55,903 bases of DNA. Source: Candidatus Krumholzibacteriales bacterium (GTDB taxonomy: Bacteria; Krumholzibacteriota; Krumholzibacteriia; Krumholzibacteriales; WJIX01). Positions 1 to 7,801 of this stretch are shown piece after piece (positions within the stretch are counted from its first letter, which is position 1; every line of letters starts with the position of its first letter). The notes beneath the pieces are model-generated. The model saw nothing but the letters and a program-made list of their open reading frames with translations. It had not been told where the DNA came from and searched no databases. The translations under genes were made by a program, and so were the position numbers. The stretch spans positions 1-55,903 of the forward strand of contig JAWODM010000065.1 in NCBI GenBank assembly GCA_046483305.1, given 5' to 3'.

Positions 1-135
1 CTTAAAATGGTAATAGGCATGTCCCTGGCGTATGTCACTTCTTTCGCCGGCCTGCTGCTGGCTTATTTCTCCTACCGCAAGCACCGGGGCCGGAAAGATG
101 ACGGCAGCGAAAGCTCAGGAAATCAGAGCGGGTAG
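1..135 (+). CDS. 3' part of a small membrane protein (runs off the window edge, or starts at ATG 7)
   Basis: Frame 1 reads LKMVIGMSLAYVTSFAGLLLAYFSYRKHRGRKDDGSESSGNQSG*: one hydrophobic helix then a basic patch; TAG at 133-135. Below the ORF track length cut-off. Confidence 0.45.
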   Translation, partial: LKMVIGMSLAYVTSFAGLLLAYFSYRKHRGRKDDGSESSGNQSG

Positions 136-147
136 CATGGTGAAATC

Positions 148-252
148 ATGAAATACAGTATAATAGGCATTCTGGTTCCCCTGGTGGTTCTGCTGCTGTC
201 GTATTTTGTGTCGGATCTTCTCTTCCGGCATTTTTCCGGAAAGGATCTCTGA
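148..252 (+). CDS. 34-aa single-pass membrane peptide
   Basis: ATG148 gives MKYSIIGILVPLVVLLLSYFVSDLLFRHFSGKDL*; GGTG upstream; hydrophobic helix then RH. Confidence 0.4.
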   Translation: MKYSIIGILVPLVVLLLSYFVSDLLFRHFSGKDL

Positions 253-272
253 CAGAGTATTCTCCAGCTCAA

Positions 273-867
273 TTGAAAGACTGGCAATACACTTTCAGGG
301 GAGGGATAGATCAGGAAGGCCGGGTTTCCGGTATTGATCACGCGCGATTTGAGAACCTGGCCGATTCGGAAGGAAGCCCCCCTGCCGCCGGACAGGGCCT
401 ACCTGGTATACAACAACTTCATAGACTTCCATTCATTCTGCGATGTATTCGCGGAACCACCCGGAGAAGGAACGGGAATTCAGAATCTGAAGCGGATAGG
501 CCAGCGGATAGTGCACTCCGCGGCTCATTCACGTCCTCCGGTTGACCTGGGGGGAATTATCTCCGGGGGCTCCTACTTCCAGAACGGCAGGATTACTCTG
601 GAACTGAAGGGTATCAGCCAGGTGGATGGAACCCCCTGCGCGCTGGTAGGTTATGATTCCGGCGAGAGCTCGTATGAGATGTTCATGGAACCGGTGCCCG
701 GGATGAAAATAGAAACATCGGGAAGCTCTCACTACATGGGCGACATTTACAGGGACCTGGAAACGAATTGGGTGCGCAGGGTTACCATGGCCGAATTCGT
801 GGTCAGTGAAACAGAAATTCCCATGCAGGAGGGAAATATCAGGTCGGTGGTCGAACGGGAAATTTAA
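273..867 (+). pseudogene. 5'-truncated, probably frameshifted hypothetical protein
   Basis: ORF 273 (LKDWQYTFRGGIDQEGRVSGIDHARFENLADSEGSP) and ORF 334 (LPPDRAYLVYNNFIDFHSFCDVF...) read as one protein if joined at the C6 run 377-382. No good RBS/start. Confidence 0.45.
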
Positions 868-954
868 AATAATCGCCCGCCCGCAACAAATTGCTTCTTT
901 TCGCCGTAATTATTTATTGATAAGATAATTCCAGGTTGCAGTTGTTTCTTTATA

Positions 955-3900
955 ATGAAAGGGTGGAAAATGAAGTCTTACCGGTTACCAGCATGGCGTC
1001 TTTTTCTCATGGCAACGGCAATTATCCTTATAGCCGTTCAATTCTCATCAACAAACTGCCTGGCCGGGGCCGGGAAACCTCTTATGAGATTCCCCGATGT
1101 GGGGCACGGCCGGATAGTTTTCGTTTACGGCGATGATATCTGGACCGTCCCCGAGGAAGGCGGAGTGGCATCGAGGCTGACCATCAACGACGGAACCGAA
1201 AGGTTTCCCAAATTCTCTCCCGACGGGTCGATGATAGCCTTCACCGGGGAATACGATGGAAATTCAGATGTATATGTCATGAATGTTTACGGAGGTGATA
1301 TTACCAGAGTGACTTATCATCCGGAAGAGGATGTGGTGGTGGGATGGCATCCAACCGGGAATAAAATTATATTCAGGTCGGCCAGGAAGAGTTTCAGCAG
1401 GTTCTACCGGCTTTTTCTGATATCTCCGGATGGAACGCATCCGGAAGAGCTTATAATGCATGAAGCGGTTCAGGGATGCTACTCGCCGGACGGCGGGAAG
1501 ATCGCCTATAACCGGGTACCCAGGGAATTCCGGACCTGGAAGAGGTACCGGGGAGGAACCGCCCAGCAGATATATCTCTTTGATTTCGACAAAATGAAAG
1601 ATACCAGATTGACTGATTTCCCGGGTACCGACCGGATCCCGATGTGGTATGGAAACAGTATCTATTTCAGCTCCGACCGGGGAGGAGTTCTGAATATTTT
1701 TTCATACGATCTGGAAAGCGGAGAGGTCAACCAGGTTACCTTCCATACCAGGTTTGACGTCAGAAGGCCCAGCATCGGCGGGGGAAAGATAGTTTACGAA
1801 CTGGGTGGGACTCTGCGCCTGCTCGATATAGACAGCGGAGTGACAGCAGAAGTTCCGGTCAGAATAGAGGCCGATGCTCCCGAACTCCGGCCGGCTATAA
1901 TAGATGTGAAGGACCGGATAACTTCGGTGGATTGTTCTCCCTCGGCAGAGAGAGCCCTGGTCACCGCCAGGGGCGAAATTTTTACGGTTCCCGGAGAACA
2001 CGGCCCCACCAGGAACCTGACCATGGATTCCGGTTCCAGGGAAAGGGGAGCGGTATGGTCGCCGGACGGCACGAAGATAGCTTATTTTTCCGACAGGGAC
2101 GGGGAATATGATATCTATGTCAGATATATGACCGGAGATAAGAAAACGGTTAAGCTTACTGACCTCGGCCCGGGCTACCGGCATACTCTTCTCTGGTCCC
2201 CGGACAGCAGAAAGATCGCATTCGCAGATCAGACCCTGGCCTGTTACTATATAGATGTAGAGGGCCGGGACCTGACATTTGTTGACCGGGCTGAATATGA
2301 GAATGTGGACGTTTCTCTCAACAGCAAACCGATCCACGATTACTGCTGGTCGCCGGACAGCCGTTACCTCGCCTACTCCAGGATGACCGGGGACCAGATT
2401 TACCAGGTATATATTTATTCTCTGGATAAGGATGAGACACACTGCGTCAGCAACGGGCTGTTTAAGGATTTCGGCCCTGTCTTTTCAAAGGACGGAGGCC
2501 ATCTGTTTTTTGTTTCCAACAGGCGTTTTGACCCTACTTTCTGCGATTTTGACTGGGAAATGGTATACAAGAAGGCCGCCGCGATATGCTGCCTGACCCT
2601 TAAAGAGGATGGCGGCCCGCTTCTTGATTTCAGAAGCGACGAGGTGGAAGTTGCCGGCGGCGGAGAGGAAGAGGCGGATAGGGGTGAAGACAGAGTTGAG
2701 ATAGATTTCGACGGTATAAAGAGCAGGCTGGAGATGCTTCCGCTTCCCCGGGGAAACTACCGGGAGCTTTCAGCCAGCGGGAAGTATCTCTTCTATCTGA
2801 ACAGGGACGAGGGAGATTTCAACCACTTCGAATTCAGGGCTGTGGGGCCCATGGACCTCTGCAGGTTTGACTTCGAAGAGAGGGAAGAGAAGACGGTAAT
2901 TCCGGGGATAGACAGCTACCGCCTCTCCGCGGACGGAGAAAATATCGTATATAAAAGGGGGCGGGATGTGGGGATAATTTCCGCCGGGGCAACAGATTCG
3001 GGAGGTGATGCCCTTGACCTGTCAGGCCTTTCCATGAAACTGGACCCCCTGGCTGAGTGGAAGCAGATGTACTATGAGGCCTGGCGGATGGAAAGGGATT
3101 TCTATTACGAACCGAATATGCACGGGCTGGACTGGAAAGCCATGCGGGATAAGTACGCCGAGCTGCTGCCCAGTCTCTCCTGCAGGTCCGATCTCCGGTA
3201 TCTTATCGGGGAACTGATAGGAGAACTGAATACCTCCCATACCTATGTTTTCGGAGGCGATTACAGAAGGAAGGCGGATAGGGTCAATATCGGGATGCTG
3301 GGAGCGGACTGGGAAGTAAACCGGAAAGCCGGGCGGTACCGCTTCGGAAGGATTTACCGGGTTGCCGACTGGACCAGAAGTATTATTCCTCCCCTTGCCG
3401 GGCCGGGAGTGGATGTCAACATGGGCGATTACCTGATCAGTGTGAACGGAAAGGATGTAACCGCGGACAATAATGTATACAGCTACTTCGAAGGGCTCGC
3501 CGGCGAACAGGTCAGGATCGGGGTCAGCTCTGAACCTGATGACAACTCTCCCCGTATTTACACGGTTGAGCCGCTCAGGGGCGAATTTACACTCCGTTAT
3601 CTCGGCTGGGTGGAACACAACAGGCAGGTCGCGGCGGAGAGTTCGGGAGGAGAGATAGGGTATATTCACCTGCCGGATACATACCTCGGTTCCGCCAGGG
3701 AGTTCCCCAAGTACTTCTATTCCCAGACCAGAAAGAAGGGGCTTATTATAGACGGAAGGTTTAACGGAGGCGGCCTTAACCCGGCGATCTTCCTCAGGCG
3801 GCTCCGCAGGGAACCTCTTACCTACTGGACCAGGAGGTATTCACATGATCAGACTTCACCGGCGGTTGCGGTAAATGCTCACATGGTCTGTCTGACAAAC

Positions 3901-4260
3901 AGGCAGGCCGGTTCCGGAGGAGATGAGCTGCCCATGGAGTTCCAGATGTTCAATATGGGCCCGGTTATAGGGACCAGGACCTGGGGAGGGCTGGTTGGAG
4001 TTTCGATGTGGATAGGCCTGGTCGACGGAGGCGGTATTTCCGCTCCGGATTACCGTATATATGACAGGCAGGGCCGGTGGATAGTGGAGAATGAAGGCGT
4101 GGAACCGGATATTACGGTAGATCTTGACCCGGTGGAGATGTCCAGGGGGTTTGACGCTCAGCTGATGAAGGGGATAGAATACCTTAAGGATAAGATAGCC
4201 AGCGATCCTCCCGAATGGCCCGGGCACGAACCCTACCCGGTTGATAAGCTGACCGAGTAA
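955..4260 (+). CDS. Tricorn-like protease, S41 family (beta-propellers, PDZ, catalytic domain), secreted
   Basis: Signal peptide; PD40-like FSPDG/WSPDG repeats; GELNTSH, GYIHLPD, IIDGRFNGGG, AGSGGD (catalytic Ser), GTRTWGG, ENEGVEPD. Start may be ATG970. Confidence 0.95.
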   Translation: MKGWKMKSYRLPAWRLFLMATAIILIAVQFSSTNCLAGAGKPLMRFPDVGHGRIVFVYGDDIWTVPEEGGVASRLTINDGTERFPKFSPDGSMIAFTGEYDGNSDVYVMNVYGGDITRVTYHPEEDVVVGWHPTGNKIIFRSARKSFSRFYRLFLISPDGTHPEELIMHEAVQGCYSPDGGKIAYNRVPREFRTWKRYRGGTAQQIYLFDFDKMKDTRLTDFPGTDRIPMWYGNSIYFSSDRGGVLNIFSYDLESGEVNQVTFHTRFDVRRPSIGGGKIVYELGGTLRLLDIDSGVTAEVPVRIEADAPELRPAIIDVKDRITSVDCSPSAERALVTARGEIFTVPGEHGPTRNLTMDSGSRERGAVWSPDGTKIAYFSDRDGEYDIYVRYMTGDKKTVKLTDLGPGYRHTLLWSPDSRKIAFADQTLACYYIDVEGRDLTFVDRAEYENVDVSLNSKPIHDYCWSPDSRYLAYSRMTGDQIYQVYIYSLDKDETHCVSNGLFKDFGPVFSKDGGHLFFVSNRRFDPTFCDFDWEMVYKKAAAICCLTLKEDGGPLLDFRSDEVEVAGGGEEEADRGEDRVEIDFDGIKSRLEMLPLPRGNYRELSASGKYLFYLNRDEGDFNHFEFRAVGPMDLCRFDFEEREEKTVIPGIDSYRLSADGENIVYKRGRDVGIISAGATDSGGDALDLSGLSMKLDPLAEWKQMYYEAWRMERDFYYEPNMHGLDWKAMRDKYAELLPSLSCRSDLRYLIGELIGELNTSHTYVFGGDYRRKADRVNIGMLGADWEVNRKAGRYRFGRIYRVADWTRSIIPPLAGPGVDVNMGDYLISVNGKDVTADNNVYSYFEGLAGEQVRIGVSSEPDDNSPRIYTVEPLRGEFTLRYLGWVEHNRQVAAESSGGEIGYIHLPDTYLGSAREFPKYFYSQTRKKGLIIDGRFNGGGLNPAIFLRRLRREPLTYWTRRYSHDQTSPAVAVNAHMVCLTNRQAGSGGDELPMEFQMFNMGPVIGTRTWGGLVGVSMWIGLVDGGGISAPDYRIYDRQGRWIVENEGVEPDITVDLDPVEMSRGFDAQLMKGIEYLKDKIASDPPEWPGHEPYPVDKLTE

Positions 4261-4294
4261 GTTCGCCGGAAAGGGACAGACTGAAAAATTGGGG

Positions 4295-4324
4295 TTGACA
4301 TATTTCGGTAAATTGTGTTACACT
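4295..4324 (+). promoter_or_regulatory. sigma70-type promoter for the secreted-protein operon
   Basis: TTGACA (4295-4300), 18-nt spacer, extended -10 TGnTACACT (4316-4324). Confidence 0.7.
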
Positions 4325-4444
4325 TATCCTTGTCGAGTATTTTAAAGGTTTCCAACGAAGCACGGAAAAGCCTTAAGGAGGTGTAAGGAGACCCCGTTAC
4401 GTGCTTAAAGGTCCCAAACCTGGAAGGTTTAGGAGGTTTTAGAA

Positions 4445-5098
4445 ATGTTCAAAGGAAAAGTTTTGCTTTTCGCTTTGCTGTTGGTTCTTTCGACTTCGCT
4501 GTATGCGGGTGAAGTTGATGATTGTAACTCCACAGTTACGCTGGTTGGTGTTTCGAATATGCTGCTGAACGTATGTCCAGCTGCAGACATGGATCAGCTG
4601 ACTGACAAGGGCGGTTACATAGCTATCTCAGTAAAGGACGGTTCCGACGCTGGAATCTCAGGTATTCCCTGGACAGATTACTGGATGGGCGCCTGTGACC
4701 CCGCATATGAAATTGGTCTTTGTTGTGATGGCATAGTTGCCGATTCGCTTACCAACAGTGATGGTGAAACCACAATTTCCGGTTTCATCGGTGGTAGCGG
4801 ATGCGTTCTTTCAGGCGGCGTATACATGGCTGTCCAGAATAAGACAATCCTGGATGAGACCGGTGATCCCGGCTGTACGCTTGGAAATCCGATCTGCCTC
4901 TCAATAGAGGTAAGAAGCCCGGATTACATTATCGACGGAAAGGTTGACCTCTCAGATTTCTCAGCATTTGTAAACTCATGGGCACTCTGCAGTGGTGATG
5001 CAAGCTACGAAGAATGCTTTGACTTCATTAGCAATGACTGTGTTGATCTGAGTGATTTTGCGTCTTTCTCGGCGCACTGGCAGCATGAATGCCGTTAA
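4445..5098 (+). CDS. Secreted Cys-rich protein with C-terminal dockerin-like (paired EF-hand) module
   Basis: AGGAGG RBS; signal peptide ending LYA; duplicated DYIIDGKVDLSDFSAF / DFISNDCVDLSDFASF; many Cys. Confidence 0.8.
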   Translation: MFKGKVLLFALLLVLSTSLYAGEVDDCNSTVTLVGVSNMLLNVCPAADMDQLTDKGGYIAISVKDGSDAGISGIPWTDYWMGACDPAYEIGLCCDGIVADSLTNSDGETTISGFIGGSGCVLSGGVYMAVQNKTILDETGDPGCTLGNPICLSIEVRSPDYIIDGKVDLSDFSAFVNSWALCSGDASYEECFDFISNDCVDLSDFASFSAHWQHECR

Positions 5099-5170
5099 GA
5101 AAGATCTGACTGCCTTTAAATTTTACAACTTGTTTTGGGCTGCTTTACAACAAAAAGGAGTTGGATAGAG

Positions 5171-5782
5171 ATGAAGAGAGTACTGCTAGCATTAACAGCC
5201 ATACTGATTATTCCCGGTATGCTGCTGGCGGATAGTTCGCTGGGAGTGTACTTTGGGAATGGTCAGCTTTACGTGAAAGAGGGCGATGTACCCCCTTATG
5301 GCCAAGTATTTTATGGGTACCTGTACATTTATGCGCCGCACGTGGTGCGTTCATTCCAGTATCAGCTGGTAATGGATCCCGGTAATGTATATCCTTCCGA
5401 CTGTGAGCCTATGCTCCTGTCGGTGGATAAGCCCTGGAATTTCGCGCTCGAGATTGGTGATCCGCTTGGCGGTCATGCCGTCACCTATAACCCGCAGCTT
5501 GCCTGCTACGGAAATGGGTTCGATCTGGCACTGACCTACAATTTCATGATGCCCAGCGGGTGTTCATGCGCGGATATACTTAATTTCGAGATGATGATTG
5601 GACCAGCACCGGAGGAATTCGCGATTCCGCATCCTGAATACGGTGGTCTCTATGGAACATACGATACCACCGAGGAAAATGACATCCAGTTTCCGATCGA
5701 CGGCCTGACCTCAACCTTATGTATCGAAGAAACCGATACTGAGGAAGAGAGCTGGGGTGCTGTAAAATCGATGTACAGATAA
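5171..5782 (+). CDS. Secreted protein with C-terminal SWGAVKSMYR tail
   Basis: ATG5171 after AAGGAG; signal peptide MKRVLLALTAILIIPGMLLA; ends CIEETDTEEESWGAVKSMYR. Confidence 0.85.
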   Translation: MKRVLLALTAILIIPGMLLADSSLGVYFGNGQLYVKEGDVPPYGQVFYGYLYIYAPHVVRSFQYQLVMDPGNVYPSDCEPMLLSVDKPWNFALEIGDPLGGHAVTYNPQLACYGNGFDLALTYNFMMPSGCSCADILNFEMMIGPAPEEFAIPHPEYGGLYGTYDTTEENDIQFPIDGLTSTLCIEETDTEEESWGAVKSMYR

Positions 5783-5862
5783 TCCTGAAGCCATATGGCT
5801 GTTATTACAGGATATAAATTGGTAATTATGTGCTTGTTTTAGTTTTCAATTGGGAGAGAAAA

Positions 5863-6411
5863 ATGAAGAAAGTTATAATGACTCTGGCGATACTCGCCTT
5901 CTTCGCAGCTGGAGCGAACGCGTGTGAACCTTACACAGCGCTGCTCTTAAGCGAGAATGAAGACCCAACGGCGGCATCCATGGAAGTGTCCCCCGCCCCT
6001 TATGAAGAAGTTGCTTTGAGGCTGTGGATGTACAATGATGTCGTTAAGGGCTTAACTGGCTTCGAGCTGGGTATGGATTTCGGTCCCGCCATGTATATGA
6101 ACGCTACCGTAAATCCTGGTGTTCCTGCTATCATTGGCGATGTACTCACTTGCAATTTTGCAGGAGCTTTCCAGCTGTGCCAGATGGATGAGTATGTCTG
6201 GCTCGTAAAGTACACCTTCCCCTATACGGGAGACCCTCACATGGTTTCAACCGTTACCAACTGTGATACGGGTAACTACATTGTTACATCATGTGAGACC
6301 GATTACCCGAAGTATCCTATTACCGAAGGCAACCAGTTCGGCGTTAACATGTCCGCTGTTGTTGATTCGGAAACAGAGAGCTGGGGAGCTGTCAAGTCGA
6401 TGTATCGTTAA
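5863..6411 (+). CDS. Secreted beta-rich protein with C-terminal SWGAVKSMYR tail
   Basis: ATG5863 after GGGAG; signal peptide ending ANA; ends DSETESWGAVKSMYR; paralog of the 6508 and 7110 genes. Confidence 0.85.
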   Translation: MKKVIMTLAILAFFAAGANACEPYTALLLSENEDPTAASMEVSPAPYEEVALRLWMYNDVVKGLTGFELGMDFGPAMYMNATVNPGVPAIIGDVLTCNFAGAFQLCQMDEYVWLVKYTFPYTGDPHMVSTVTNCDTGNYIVTSCETDYPKYPITEGNQFGVNMSAVVDSETESWGAVKSMYR

Positions 6412-6439
6412 GAATGCGTTGATTTGAGTATGCAAGCTT

Positions 6440-6473
6440 GGGCCGCGCGGCTTTTCCGTGCGGCCCTTTTTTT
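6440..6473 (+). terminator. Rho-independent terminator
   Basis: GGGCCGCGCGG-CTTTT-CCGTGCGGCCC stem-loop followed by T7. Confidence 0.85.
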
Positions 6474-6507
6474 GCCTCGGGGGCACCTGAAACCGGGGGG
6501 TGTTATC

Positions 6508-7041
6508 ATGAAAAAGGGAATAATATTTATAGCGGCTATCCTGATGGTGATAGTGCAGGCTGGCAAATCTGAACCTTACTCGATTATTTTCGTTGAAGAG
6601 GGGGCTGAACCGGGAGCTGGCAATTGTGATCTCTACCCAGCGTTGTATGCCGAATACCAGGTCAGAATATGGGTACAGAACGATACAGCTGACGGATTCA
6701 TCTCCTGCCGGCTGGATATAGATACGGGCGACGACGCGATTACCGGCAAGCAGTATAACCCTGATTTTCCGGTAATTACGGAAGGGAATTTTGCCTTTCC
6801 GGAGTGTCAATACGATCAATGGGTCTGGCTCTGCGTCTATTCAATACTCTACAGCGGTACTCCCCATTATCTCGCATTTATTCCGGATTCGAACACCGGG
6901 GAGATGAATGTAACAACCTGCAGGACGGAGAACTACCCCGTGGAGGACCTGCCGGCCGGTAATGAGTTCGGGGTAAATCAGCCCTGTGTCTATGACGCCG
7001 GCGAAGAGAGCTGGGGAGCGGTCAAGGCGGTGTACAGGTAG
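6508..7041 (+). CDS. Secreted paralog with C-terminal SWGAVKAVYR tail
   Basis: ATG6508 (the longer track start overlaps the terminator); signal peptide; shares AFxxCQxxxWVW, DxxTG, GNxFGVN with neighbours. Confidence 0.85.
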   Translation: MKKGIIFIAAILMVIVQAGKSEPYSIIFVEEGAEPGAGNCDLYPALYAEYQVRIWVQNDTADGFISCRLDIDTGDDAITGKQYNPDFPVITEGNFAFPECQYDQWVWLCVYSILYSGTPHYLAFIPDSNTGEMNVTTCRTENYPVEDLPAGNEFGVNQPCVYDAGEESWGAVKAVYR

Positions 7042-7109
7042 GGCGCTCCGGAAAGATTATCAGAGGATTGCAGGGGATTTGAAGAACCATATAACAGGAG
7101 GGCTTTCAT

Positions 7110-7673
7110 ATGAAAAAAGTGATAAAGACCTTTCTTATATTAACTTTTATTTCGACTGGTGTAGACGCTTACAACGAATATATGGTCGCCTTTTTTACTG
7201 AGGGTGATGATCCCATGCAGGAATCATGCGATATCCTGGTTGCTGATTATACTACTGTGTGCATCAGAATGTGGATAAGAAATGAACTGGCTGCCAGGGG
7301 ATTGAAAGGTTTCGAGCTTGGAGTGGATTTTGACAGCGAGGATTTTGTTGCAGCGGAAGGGAACCCCGGGGTCCCCAGCATTATTGGTGACCTTACCACC
7401 ACTGCTTTCGCGGGCGCTTTCCAGGAATGCCAGGCCACAGACTGGGTCTGGATAGTAAAGTATAGTCTCATCTATATGGGTGAACCGCACTATGTATATG
7501 CCGTGCCGAATTCGGACACCGGAAACTTTATTGTCACTTCGTGTGAATCCGGGTTTCCAAAATATAACCTTTTAGAAGGGAATATGTTCGGTGTTAATCT
7601 GCCATGCGGCTGAACCCCTCCGCAGGATGCGGAGAGCTCCAGTTGGGGAGCTGTGAAGTCGCTTTTTCGTTAG
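7110..7673 (+). CDS. Secreted paralog with an in-frame UGA (7611-7613) before a C-terminal SWGAVKSLFR tail
   Basis: AGGAGG RBS; close paralog of the 5863 gene; after TGA the frame continues TPPQDAESSSWGAVKSLFR to TAG 7671-7673. Confidence 0.75.
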
Positions 7674-7704
7674 GCGGGCCTGTTTCCGGAGGCCTTTATT
7701 CTTC

Positions 7705-7733
7705 TTGATTTACACGCTGAAATAGCTTAAACT
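7705..7733 (+). promoter_or_regulatory. Possible sigma70 promoter for the C25 gene
   Basis: TTGATT-17 nt-TAAACT in the AT-rich intergenic region. Confidence 0.4.
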
Positions 7734-7801
7734 TATATAGATAGATGACAATAATTTCCGCCCCTGTTCCATTTTAATTATTTAAGGAAAGGTTCATCCC
7801 C

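Noticed and set aside
6424..6507. Extended N-terminus of the 6424 ORF
   Set aside because: It overlaps the intrinsic terminator; ATG6508 gives a normal signal peptide.
5747..7673. GAGAGCTGGGG...AA repeats as a CRISPR or DNA repeat
   Set aside because: Copies are about 630 nt apart at gene ends and differ at synonymous positions, so the conservation is at protein level.
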